From an uncultured Gemmatimonadales bacterium (GTDB lineage Bacteria; Gemmatimonadota; Gemmatimonadetes; Gemmatimonadales; Gemmatimonadaceae): a DNA stretch of 64,000 nucleotides. The notes under the pieces were generated by a model that made no database searches, was not told the DNA's origin, and was given only the letters and a program-made list of their open reading frames with translations. Positions 40,783 through 50,379 of the stretch are shown here, one piece after another. Position numbers and translations under genes: made by a program. The stretch's first letter is position 1. Each line of letters starts with the position of its first letter. The DNA is taken from the NCBI GenBank assembly GCA_963701965.1, contig OY969695.1:4224001-4288000 (forward strand). Direction: 5' to 3'.

Positions 40783-40938
40783 CTAGGACCGTTTGCGTCG
40801 GGCCATCTTGGCGCCCTGTCTTCCGAGTGCGGTGCGTGTTTTCTTGGGCAATTTCGATATGGTGCGCTCGCGCTTGGCTGCAGCCGCAGCCTTCTTGATA
40901 TTCTTGCGCGCGGCGCGCTTCTGCTTGGATGTCGCCAT
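40783..40938 (-). CDS. Small very basic protein (51 aa)
   Basis: MATSKQKRAARKNIKKAAAAAKRERTISKLPKKTRTALGRQGAKMARRKRS. Confidence 0.7.
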   Translation of the reverse strand: MATSKQKRAARKNIKKAAAAAKRERTISKLPKKTRTALGRQGAKMARRKRS

Positions 40939-41026
40939 ACGAGACACCAATTGCATGGCACGTGCCGTCTGAGACGGCCAGCGATCCCTTCCAGGACGGC
41001 CGAATAGCCGACAATCCATGTGGCAT

Positions 41027-41359
41027 TCACACGATGCGCATAGCCAGGATGCGACCGTTGTCAAGCTCAATGGCGTTGCCGAGGACCTTCTTGGACCGTT
41101 CGCCGCCTTCGGACTTGGTGTCGAGTGTGATCTGCAGTTCAATGCGGTCTCCGGCTTGCGCCGCGTCTTGGATGACGACCCTGGCGTCGGCGGTCCGCCA
41201 CTCGTCGGTCCAGTGTGACGCCACCGCCTGTGGCCCGTGCAGCATGTGTCCCTGACCGTCATCCCAGTCGACGTCCGGGCTGAGGTTGGCGAGTGCCTGG
41301 GCAAGATTCCGTCGATTGTACGCATCGTAGGTTTGACGCAATGCGTCGATGGCATTCAT
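41027..41359 (-). CDS. SnoaL/NTF2-like protein
   Basis: YDAYNRRNL..ALANLSPDVDW, HGPQAVASHW. Confidence 0.75.
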   Translation of the reverse strand: MNAIDALRQTYDAYNRRNLAQALANLSPDVDWDDGQGHMLHGPQAVASHWTDEWRTADARVVIQDAAQAGDRIELQITLDTKSEGGERSKKVLGNAIELDNGRILAMRIV

Positions 41360-41684
41360 GCTGTTCTCCAGCGCGACGATCTCCTCGAAATCTTCGAGGG
41401 TGAACGCGTCGATGGGCTTGAAGAGCAGGGCTCCGGCGCTGCTCACAAAGATGTCGAGGCCGCGCCTCTTCGCCGAATGGGCCGACCCGACGATCCTCGT
41501 CATCGGCACCCACTTCGCCGCCCCCACCGCCGGCCACGTCGTCCGCGACGGCGCAGCGTTCAGGTTTGCGGTGTGAGGGCGGCGAGCCCCACTCCCGCCA
41601 TTTCGTCGGGAATTTAGCGCCGCCGAAACGAGTACGTCCCTCCGCTACCGACCCACGTAGTTTCCGCGCGTCAACGCCGAGCCG

Positions 41685-42092
41685 CTAAGCAGACCCGGTC
41701 TCGGTCCAGTCAGCGCGCGCGAGACCGGCAACGCGGTTGAACTCCGCGGTGTTGCGTGTGATGAACGTGTAACCGGTGGCGACGGCAACGCTGGCAATGA
41801 CGAGATCGCGCTCGCCGATCGGGTTCCCGCGCAGCGCGTACCGGAGCTCGGCGTGCCAGCGGGCGGCGTCGCGGTCGAAGGGGAGGCATTCGATCGGCGC
41901 CGACAGAAAGGCCTCGACGCGGGCAAGGCCCGCCACCGGATCCCGGCTGTTCCGGGCGCCGTAGCGGAGCTCGGCCTCGGTCATTGCTGTGACCGCGAGA
42001 TCATCCGGCGAGAGTGCGCGCACGCGCGTGACGACGGGCTCTTTCTCCCGCAGCACCCGAATGCAGATATCCGTGTCGAGTATGTAGCGCAC
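41685..42092 (-). CDS. vapC: PIN-domain toxin
   Basis: ILDTDICI, TEAELRYG, IGERDLVIA, TRNTAEF. Confidence 0.92.
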   Translation of the reverse strand: MRYILDTDICIRVLREKEPVVTRVRALSPDDLAVTAMTEAELRYGARNSRDPVAGLARVEAFLSAPIECLPFDRDAARWHAELRYALRGNPIGERDLVIASVAVATGYTFITRNTAEFNRVAGLARADWTETGSA

Positions 42093-42102
42093 GTGACCCC
42101 GC

Positions 42103-42375
42103 TCAATCGTGGTCGAACGAGTCGAGCGCGGCGTCGCGATGCGGCGAAACCGGCAGCGGCTCCGGGACGACGACGTCCTCCGGCAACGGCGGGAGGCTGG
42201 CCAAGTGCTCCCAGAAGCCCGCCGGCCAGGTGCGCTTCTCGAGCGGCTCGAGGATCACCGCTGCGCCAACCCGCCGGATGCGCACGGCGGACCCGGAAAA
42301 CCGAAACTCTTTGGGTAGACGCACCGCCTGGCTGCCGCCCGATGTGAAGAGACCCGCGGTGGTATACGCGCTCAT
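42103..42375 (-). CDS. vapB: AbrB/MazE-type antitoxin
   Basis: LFTSGGSQAVRLPKEFRF; directly upstream of vapC. Confidence 0.92.
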   Translation of the reverse strand: MSAYTTAGLFTSGGSQAVRLPKEFRFSGSAVRIRRVGAAVILEPLEKRTWPAGFWEHLASLPPLPEDVVVPEPLPVSPHRDAALDSFDHD

Positions 42376-42417
42376 CGTAAGTTACCAAGTGATGGGTATT
42401 ACAGAACTTACGCCAAG

Positions 42418-42434
42418 GTATATACAGTATATAC
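42418..42434. promoter_or_regulatory. Probable VapBC operator GTATATAC-A-GTATATAC
   Basis: Tandem palindromes in the AT-rich region upstream of vapB. Confidence 0.6.
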
Positions 42435-42715
42435 TTCGTTCGAGCTCGACGCAAGATGACCCGCTAGAATCTCAGAGCTTCAACGATGGGTCAACGCCGG
42501 GGGCCCAGGGCTTCGACTGTCAACCAAGGCGTCAATGGCGGTGCGTATTAAAGATACCCCGGCGTCGGCGCCCGACTCGACCTACGAAAATGCCGGGATA
42601 GGCCGGGAGAAACGCGGAACGAACGCGTAATACGCCAGCCGCGGCTAAGCGACGGTACCAGTGCTCGGCGTGTGCACGCCATTCCGTTGGCGGCGTCTCT
42701 TCTAGAGCGTTAGCG

Positions 42716-43357
42716 TTGTTCACCGAAGTCGCCCTGCACGTCGCGGAGGGTCGCTCCTTGCGGATGATCGAGGTTGTCACCGGCCTGCTGGCGATCTCGC
42801 CGGCCGCCGCTCATGCCGCTGGTATCAACGATCGAAGTGGATTGGTGCGAGCTACCGATAGCGTCAATGTCATCGGGTGCTACGAGGTGCGGTCGACGCC
42901 GTGGCCCGCGCAGCTCGCCGCTCACCGAGCGGATGTACCTGACTCGTTTCGTCTGGACTCCGTGATCGGAAGCGGGGCCTTCGAATGTGGAAAGCGCGTG
43001 GTTCGCTCCGTGCGCGATGCGCGAAGCTGGCCCGGTGTTTTCTCGTATTGGGAACCCATCGGTACCGATGAGATACAGGTCGCCTGGACGACAGGATTTT
43101 CCGGACTTGTGATGCGCCTCACGGTTCACGGCGACACACTGCGAGGCGGGGCAACCGCCTTCACTGACTACATAGTTCCGGGAGCCCAGTCACGCAAATC
43201 AGAGATCGTAGCCTGGCGTGTCCCATACGAGTCAGCGCTCCCTGACCCTTCGCCTAAACTCACGTGGAAGGAACTGCTGGTGCTGAGCGACTCGGAGATC
43301 GGCGCCCTGTGGGCCTATCTGCGCACGGCTCCGGCCAAACCTTACGGCGCGCGCTGA
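42716..43357 (+). CDS. Hypothetical protein, possibly chimeric
   Basis: Beta-rich core; last ~30 aa (WKE..LSDSEIGALWAYLRT) resemble a cytochrome c C-terminal helix but there is no CxxCH. Confidence 0.4.
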   Translation: MFTEVALHVAEGRSLRMIEVVTGLLAISPAAAHAAGINDRSGLVRATDSVNVIGCYEVRSTPWPAQLAAHRADVPDSFRLDSVIGSGAFECGKRVVRSVRDARSWPGVFSYWEPIGTDEIQVAWTTGFSGLVMRLTVHGDTLRGGATAFTDYIVPGAQSRKSEIVAWRVPYESALPDPSPKLTWKELLVLSDSEIGALWAYLRTAPAKPYGAR

Positions 43358-43485
43358 TAGGTCACGTGCCAGACCCGGGCCGCCTTGTCGTCGCTGATGT
43401 AGAGCGCGCCATCCGACGCGACGGCGACACCGGTCGGCCGGTGGTCGGCCTTGTCGGGTTGCACGATCGTCCCGGCGAATACGGA
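43354..43485 (-). pseudogene. C-terminal fragment of a PQQ-dependent sugar/sorbosone dehydrogenase
   Basis: HRPTGVAVASDGALYISDDKAARVWHVTY. Confidence 0.65.
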
Positions 43486-43496
43486 CGCGCTGCGGC

Positions 43497-44660
43497 TCAG
43501 CGAAGGGCGCTCTCCACTAGCGTGCACCAGTAGCTGGCGCCGAGCGGTAGGATCTCGTCGTTGAAATCGTAACGGGCGCTGTGTAGCGAGCGGCCGTCGG
43601 CGGTGGAACCGTTGCCGATCCACACGTAGCATCCCGGACGGGCCGCGAGCATGAAGGCGAAGTCCTCGCAGCCCATACTCGGCGGAAGATCGCGGTGGAC
43701 ATTGGCTTCGCCCGCAACGAACACGGCGGCGCGCGCGGCGGACTCGGTCGGGTGCGCGGCGTTGATTGCCGGCGGGATCGGCTTGCGGTACGCCAAGGCC
43801 ACTCGGACACCGTAGGTCGCGGCCACGCCTTCCGAGACCTGGCGCAAGGCTGCGTCGAGCACCCGGCGCAGTCCGGGCTCGAAATAACGGCAGGTACCGC
43901 GCAGTACGACCTCTTCGGGGATGACGTTCCAGGTGTTGCCTCCGTGCACCTGCGTGAGGCTGACGACCACATCATCCTGCGGATCGATGACGCGGCTGGC
44001 GATCGTATGGATCGCACCGATCAGCGCACCGGCGGCGACGATCGGGTCGTCGCCGAGATGCGGCATCGCCGCATGGGCGCCACGGCTGGTGATGGTGATC
44101 TCGAACTTGTCGTCCGCCGCCATGATGGGGCCGGGACGCACGGCGAATGCGCCGACTGGAATGCCGGGCCAATTGTGCATGCCGTAGACCGCCTCGACTG
44201 GAAAGCGGGTGAACAGGCCGGCATCGACCATCGCCTGGCCGCCGCACTCGTTTTCCTCGGCGGGTTGGAAGACGAAGTGGACGGTGCCGTCGAAGCGGCG
44301 CGTCTCTGCGAGGTAGCGCGCGGCGCCGAGCAGCATCGCCATGTGCCCGTCATGCCCGCAGGCATGCATGACGCCCGCGTGAATGGAGGCGTATGGGCAG
44401 GTAGTCTTCTCGTGGATCGGCAGCGCATCCATGTCCGCGCGCAGCGCAATTGCGCGGTCGGCGCTGCCGCCGCGCAGCGTGGCGACAACCCCGGTTCCCG
44501 CGAGACCGCGGTCGATGGGAATGCCGAACTCCGTGAGCTTCGTGGCGACAAAGTCGGAGGTGCGGTGCTCCTCGAAGGCCATCTCCGGATGGGCGTGGAT
44601 GTCGTGCCGCCACGCGGTCATGTCGGCCTGGAACTCGGCGATGCGGCTCAGAATGGGCAT
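43497..44660 (-). CDS. M20D amidohydrolase (hippurate hydrolase-like)
   Basis: HAHPEMAFEE, RADMDALP, MHACGHDGH, FQPAEE, GCEDF, LHSARYDFND. Confidence 0.93.
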   Translation of the reverse strand: MPILSRIAEFQADMTAWRHDIHAHPEMAFEEHRTSDFVATKLTEFGIPIDRGLAGTGVVATLRGGSADRAIALRADMDALPIHEKTTCPYASIHAGVMHACGHDGHMAMLLGAARYLAETRRFDGTVHFVFQPAEENECGGQAMVDAGLFTRFPVEAVYGMHNWPGIPVGAFAVRPGPIMAADDKFEITITSRGAHAAMPHLGDDPIVAAGALIGAIHTIASRVIDPQDDVVVSLTQVHGGNTWNVIPEEVVLRGTCRYFEPGLRRVLDAALRQVSEGVAATYGVRVALAYRKPIPPAINAAHPTESAARAAVFVAGEANVHRDLPPSMGCEDFAFMLAARPGCYVWIGNGSTADGRSLHSARYDFNDEILPLGASYWCTLVESALR

Positions 44661-44693
44661 GGGTCTTACTGGGCGATGGTCACCAGTAAATGA

Positions 44694-45540
44694 CTAGCCC
44701 CGTTTCGTCCTGATGGATTGAACGTTATTGCAGCGCCCCAGGTATTGTCCCGGTGTCACGCCGTAGGCTGCTTTGAACCTGCGAATGAGGTGGCTCTGAT
44801 CGGCGAACCCGGCGGCCGCGGCCGCGATTGCCGGCGGGTCGCCGGAGAGCATCAGCCGCTTGGCGTGGCGCAGGCGAAGCTGCGTCTGGTACTGATGCGG
44901 CGGAAGGCCCGAGCACCGGCGGAAAGCGCGGAGCAGGTGGAAGCGGTCGACGCCGGCGAGGGCCGCCAGCTCGGCCAGGGAAGTATTCTCGGCAAAATTC
45001 TCCGCGAGGTAATCAAGCGCCAACGCGACGACCCGGGGGCTGCGCTGGCGCAGGCCGCCGCGCGGTGCGGTCTTGGCGTGGCGATGGGACAATTCGACGA
45101 GCGCGGCGATGAGCAGCGTCTCCCGCTCGAGCCTTCCTTCCGGATGCTCGAGGGCGCGATGAAGGCGGGAGAGGATGTCGGCGAGCGCTGCGTCGGAAAC
45201 GACTGCGGCGGGGAAGAACGGCGTCGCCACGCGTCGCTCCGCCGCCTCCGCCACTGCGGCGGCGAGTACGGCTTCGTCGACATACAGCATGCGATACGAA
45301 TAGCTGCCGTCGTGACTGGCCGGACCGCCGTCATGAGCTTCGTCCGGATTGACAATGATCACACGGCCCGGAATCGCGGTCCACACCTCGCCCCGCGCCG
45401 CGAACGCGTGCGCCCCCGGCCTGGACGATGCCGAGCGCGTAGCCCTCATGGGAATGCCGTACATAGCGATGGGTGCTGGCATCCGCCCGCAGCAGCTCGA
45501 CGCCAGCCAACCCGTCAAGCCGCCAATACCGTGAAGGCAT
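44694..45540 (-). CDS. AraC family regulator, frameshift in a homopolymer run at ~45415
   Basis: RHSHEGYALG, NPDEAHDG, FHLLRAFRR, GFADQSHLIRRFK..YGVTPGQY. Confidence 0.85.
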
Positions 45541-45559
45541 GCGCTCGCCAGGAAGGGGA

Positions 45560-45808
45560 TTAGGGCGACGCTCGTCGCATTCGGATGAAAGCCCCGAACC
45601 CCACGCCAATCCAGATCACGTTGACGGCGGTCAATGGCCATGCCCAATGCCATGCGGCGTTCGCGCCCACCATCAGACTCCCCGCCAAGTTGAGGCCCTG
45701 AAATACCGCGCCACGCGCCGACAGTCTCTCGAACGACACCATCGCATACGCGCAGATCAGTAACACCCCACCCGTCCACCCGATCACTTCCATCGTCAGA
45801 TCAGGCAT
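45560..45808 (-). CDS. Small three-TM membrane protein (CBU_0592-like)
   Basis: IGWTG..LLICAY, FQGLNLAGS, NVIW. Confidence 0.75.
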   Translation of the reverse strand: MPDLTMEVIGWTGGVLLICAYAMVSFERLSARGAVFQGLNLAGSLMVGANAAWHWAWPLTAVNVIWIGVGFGAFIRMRRASP

Positions 45809-45810
45809 GG

Positions 45811-46524
45811 TTAGGCCACCGCCAAGGTGGCGAAGGCGCGCACTGGAAACGTGCCCATCCCGCGCACCTTCACCGGCGCGGCGGTAAAACGGAATCCACT
45901 GGCCGGCAGCTGCTCCAGATTGCACATGTGCTCCACGATGGGAATCTCCGCTCCGAGCAGCACCGTGTGAACGGGCCGCGTGCCGTCGGCTGTGTCGTCA
46001 ATGTTGTACGAGTCGATGCCCACCAACACCGCGCCGGCGTCGCGCAGGTACTCAGCGGCGGCGCGCGTGAGGTACGGGTGGCCCGAGAAGTATTGCTCCG
46101 TGGCCCAATGGCGCGCCCACCCCGTCTCCACCAGCACCGCCTTACCCCGGACATCCAGCGGCACAAACGCATCCCGGTCCACGGCGCGGCCCGCCAGGCC
46201 CGTCACCCGCGCCACCACCGCGTCCAGCCCCGCCAGCGAAACCAGCTCCAGCTCGGATAGGTCCTTCCCGTGCTCGAAGCGGTGAAAGGGACTGTCCAGG
46301 TACGTACCGGTGTTCGACACCATCTCGATCTTGCCGATCTGAAAGGTTGTACCGTCGCTATAGAATTTGCGCGAGTCCTCGCGACTCAGAAAGTCGCAGA
46401 TCAGCGGCGCCGGAAGCCCCTGATACGTGATCATCCCCTCGCAGACCGTGTGGCTCAGATCGACGTGCACGAGCGCCCTTGGCCTACTCGGCGTTGCGAC
46501 CGGTGCTCCTTTGTGCCGCTCCAT
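45811..46524 (-). CDS. Cyclase/kynurenine formamidase-like metal hydrolase
   Basis: VDLSH, NTGTYLDSPFH, LVGIDS, PVHTVLL, IVEHM, FPVRAFA. Confidence 0.9.
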   Translation of the reverse strand: MERHKGAPVATPSRPRALVHVDLSHTVCEGMITYQGLPAPLICDFLSREDSRKFYSDGTTFQIGKIEMVSNTGTYLDSPFHRFEHGKDLSELELVSLAGLDAVVARVTGLAGRAVDRDAFVPLDVRGKAVLVETGWARHWATEQYFSGHPYLTRAAAEYLRDAGAVLVGIDSYNIDDTADGTRPVHTVLLGAEIPIVEHMCNLEQLPASGFRFTAAPVKVRGMGTFPVRAFATLAVA

Positions 46525-46804
46525 GATAATTTCCTTGTTGAGGATCATTCGGTGCGCCTGACAACGGATGTCGAGTCGGTTGTCGCCACGATCTGGACCG
46601 CCATCCAGCGAAAGACCGATAAATATCCCTCCCGCGCTCGACATCGTGGCGAGCCTGGGCGATGAGCAGGCGACGCAGAATGGCACACCGCCTGACTGGT
46701 GTCCGGGTCGGAAGTCTGACTGAGTCGCTTGGTCTCTAGAGCCAGCGCCCCCAAGCCCCGCAGTCGCCACTCTCCAGTTGGTGGAAGCCCGGGGAAAGTC
46801 TAAG

Positions 46805-46836
46805 AAAAAGCACCCGCCAGTAGCACTGGCAGGCGC
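46805..46836 (-). terminator. Intrinsic terminator downstream of the tRNA 3' fragment
   Basis: GCGCCTGCCAGT-GCT-ACTGGCGGGTGC-TTTTT. Confidence 0.75.
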
Positions 46837-46850
46837 TTTCGTAACTGACT

Positions 46851-46894
46851 GTCGGGACGGCGGGATTTGAACCCGCGACCCCCTGAACCCCATT
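46851..46894 (-). mobile_element. att site: 3' half of tRNA-Pro(GGG)
   Basis: AATGGGGTTCAGGGGGTCGCGGGTTCAAATCCCGCCGTCCCGAC has the anticodon loop, T arm and acceptor 3' strand but no D arm or 5' strand. Confidence 0.85.
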
Positions 46895-47123
46895 GCACTC
46901 CATTGGAGCAGATAGGCGTGCAAAGTGCGGCAGATTCGAAGGATAGCCCGCCTGAATGACTCTAGCACCGTGCAGGATCTGCGCGAGTCTGCTGGCCCGA
47001 AACATAACCCGTTCATACCCCAGTTTGGAGCAGCACCAGCTCGGCGGCGGCCAGCTGGGAATCAACGACTTGTAAGACGAGCACTCCGGCTTCGAGTGCC
47101 CAGCTACAACGACGCTGACGCCG

Positions 47124-47591
47124 CTAATCCTTGATCCTACTTGTGGGGCCACTTGGGAGGGGATCCGTCGAGTCGGCCGCGGCATTCACTCCAATGCAGC
47201 CTGGTACCGTCTCGGTATGACCACTCAGAAGGCGATTCAGCCGGTCCCACCGATCAGGGTCGTGTCGCTGGACGCTATCATCGACGGCATGGACCCGTGC
47301 CATGCCTTCTCCAATTCCGAACGCGTCCATGAGTCTTTCGACTTCACAATCCACCATCTTCGTATCCGGTTTAAGCATTTCGTAGGTCGTATCGCCCAAC
47401 TCCTTGGCGATCAGGCGGACGAGCCGGTCCGTGGCATGTGGATACTGGCTCACGCTTGCTGGCGGGGCGTGAATTTCCTGAACGCACCCGGTCAGCCCGA
47501 GGGAGAGAACGAGGACTACGCTGGAACAACGGAGCAACCGGCGTCGGAACGTCACGCAGGACCTCACTGTGCGAACAAATGCAGGGGGCAT
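47124..47591 (-). CDS. Hypothetical lipoprotein
   Basis: Lipobox LGLTGC; overlaps the end of the upstream gene. Confidence 0.55.
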   Translation of the reverse strand: MPPAFVRTVRSCVTFRRRLLRCSSVVLVLSLGLTGCVQEIHAPPASVSQYPHATDRLVRLIAKELGDTTYEMLKPDTKMVDCEVERLMDAFGIGEGMARVHAVDDSVQRHDPDRWDRLNRLLSGHTETVPGCIGVNAAADSTDPLPSGPTSRIKD

Positions 47592-50044
47592 GTGAAGAGG
47601 TCACATCCGTTGAAGAACATCTCCGGATTGGGACTATTCAATGGGAAGACCGTGAGCGTCCACGTGTCGTTCCAAGGCTGTCCCGGTGGAGCGTTGGGAT
47701 TGCCGGGCGTCCCGGGTGGGAATGTGACCCTGAATTGCCCCGAAACCGGCCACCCATTCGACGTGCTGCTCAACGCAGCGAGGCTGCCGGAGACCGTGGC
47801 CTGCGTGCCGGCGAGAAGTGGCGGCCCAGTGTACGTGCCGGTCACGAGTCCCAAACAACCGGGAACCGTGCACTGAATGGCGTCAGTGATGACCAGCGTG
47901 TTCTGCCCAGACACCCAGGTGCCGCTGGCGTCGACAATGGCGAACCCGCGCACGGTCGTCGTGTCGATCATCGTGACCTTCGATACCGCGATCGGAATGG
48001 AGACGCGCACCCGGTAGCGTGACACGATCGCTGAGTCGGAGCCTGAGGTTCGACCCGAGATCACGCCGGTCGAATCAATCGTGTCGACTGCCGGCGTGAG
48101 TACCGCGTACTTGATTGCCCGGTTGGGCAGCGTGTCGCCGTAACCATTCTTCGCGAAGACCGTGAGAGCGCTCGGGGTGCCGGTTTTGACCTGCACGGAC
48201 GCCGGTGTCACGTTCAACGAGTCGGTCGCGCAGGCGTGGTACAGGCTGTCCACGTCACTGACGATTTGCAGATTCGTTGGAACGGCGGCCAAATACGTTT
48301 GGATGAGGTGCAGTTGAATTCCCGCCATTACCGGGCCGTCCTTGAGCGCGGCCACAGGGGGGAAGGTCGCGTATTCCTGCTTGACGTAGAACGCGGAGCT
48401 ATCGGTGAACGTCCTAGCCCACGTGTTGGTCAGGCGGTCGGCGACTATGTCACCCGACTGCACCACGTGCTGGAGGTAGTGCGCGGGCAGGAACGAGCTC
48501 CAAAAGCTGCTCGTCGGCAATGCGATCGACATCGCCGCGACACATAGGGAGTCCGTTTGTCTGTTGTACGGATTGGATCCGCTTGTCAGCTCCGTCAGCG
48601 CCTGGAGTGCGATCAGGTTCCCCTGCGAGTAGCCGACCAGATTACGTGCCGGCCGAGACTGCGCGACGCTTGGATCGCGTTGTACAACGAGTCGCGGTCA
48701 GTCGTATTCAGCGGCGTGCCAATCATCAGGCCGATCCACTGTTGCGCCGCCTCGAAAATATCATGGTCCTGCATCCGCCGATACGTTGTATCCTGCATGC
48801 ATTTCGCGACGAAGCCCTCCAACGAATTCATGCCCAGCAAGCCATCCTCGACAAAGTTGTCTCCCCTTACGGTACAGTAAGCGAGCTGGTCGCCCGTCGG
48901 CGGCTTTTGGTCGGCGTATGGGTAATTGACCACAAAACGCATGGTCACGGGACCAAGCGTATCACTGAGGGTGGGGAAAGTAGCCCTCAGGGCTTTGGAG
49001 AGCAGGACCGCCTCTCCATGCGCACCGCCCGCATCGGTGTTGATTCCGTTACTGAAAATTATGTCCGTCGGCTCCCACAGGTGCGACGAATCAGGTCGAG
49101 ACGCTCGCGGCCCGGAGTGACCGCCGCGGTGTCGCGCGCGACGCGCCGGACGCGCGACGTTCCCGTAGCGATCGCGCGCGCACCCGAGCTGCCAGCACGC
49201 CGTTCTCCGAAAGCTCGAAGGAGTGCCCCGCGATTGCCGCCATCACGCGCTGCATCGCGGGCGCATCGGCACTATCGTCGAATGAGAGAAAGTCGAGGAG
49301 AGCCAACTTCGCGGCGAGGGTGCCAATATCGAGAGTTTCGCCGTACTGGACCTCTGAGGAAATCAGGCTCTGTTCCGCCGCTACCGGGTCGGCTGCGGTC
49401 AACAGTGATCGGACCTGTGTGTAGAGTGGCTGGAGGTCTGCCGGCAACGTCAGAATCGGATCGGCGCTCGCCACCAACACATGCGTCGAGTCCATGGTGA
49501 TTGTGCCAGACGCGGGCACGAAGTTGCCATCAACGGTTACGAGAAGGTTCTGATATCCCTGCTGCAGGGTGTACGTGTACGTGACCTTCTTACCCTTGGC
49601 CAGAATGGAATCGGGCTTCGTGGGGCTTCCCGTCACGCCAGGGCCGACGGTCGTCAGCAAATGGATCGAGCAGGCCTTGGTGCCCGTGGCCAACGTCGTG
49701 ACTACGGTCGTATCGATCGCGAGTTGCACGCTTCCCGTGCTGTCCGTCGTGAGGTATGCCAACCCTGCAGTCGTACCGACCTTGGCCGGCACGATGATGC
49801 GCCCACTATCCGCCTTGTTGACCACTCGCCAGGTAGCGGTGACCGGCGCAGTCAATGTGTTCTTGACCTGGAACGTCGTGCCGCAGAAGTACGTCATACT
49901 GAGCGGGTTGTTCGCGGTGGCGGCCGCGAGGAGTGCCTCCTCCCGAGTCCGTGGACGGGTGCTGTCGCTGCACGCGACCACGGCGAGGATCGCGATCGCG
50001 GCGACGGCCGAGTGAATCACGACTGCCTGACGGCCTGACATCAT
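47564..50044 (-). pseudogene. Large lipoprotein with alpha/beta-hydrolase (GYSQG) and Ig-like domains, at least two frameshifts
   Basis: Three collinear ORF pieces; lipobox VVAC; IIFSNGINT, HVI-VGYSQGNL, GDIV, HLIQTYL; Ig-like LNVTPASVQV..TIDSTGVISGRTSG. Confidence 0.65.
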
Positions 50045-50379
50045 AAGGTCGGCGCACTCCCGGTTGTCTTACGTCAACGGGCTGGGAACAAACGGCGCCA
50101 ACGGTAGCGTCTACTGAACATTTGGTCAACAGCGTGTTGCGCATCCGTTTGTAACGACTTCTAAGCGCGCGATCCTTCTAACAGAGATTGCAGTTCTGCA
50201 AGGACACCATCCGCGTGCGCGCGAACCGCGGCCTCGCATGACTCGGCGCGGACGGTGAATGCGGTGCCGACGGCGACGGCAAGGACGCCGTTGGCACTGA
50301 CCTCGAAGGGATGTGCAATGTCTGGCCGGACCTGGAATCGCGCACCGCCGTCGAGGGTGAGCGCGCGAGGGCGTCGGTA

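Noticed and set aside
42640..42716. Integron attC-like site (also CTAAC at ~50177 and ~53249)
   Set aside because: No proper RYYYAAC/GTTRRRY pair with complementary arms and no integron integrase
46851..46894. Functional tRNA gene
   Set aside because: The 5' acceptor strand and D arm are absent
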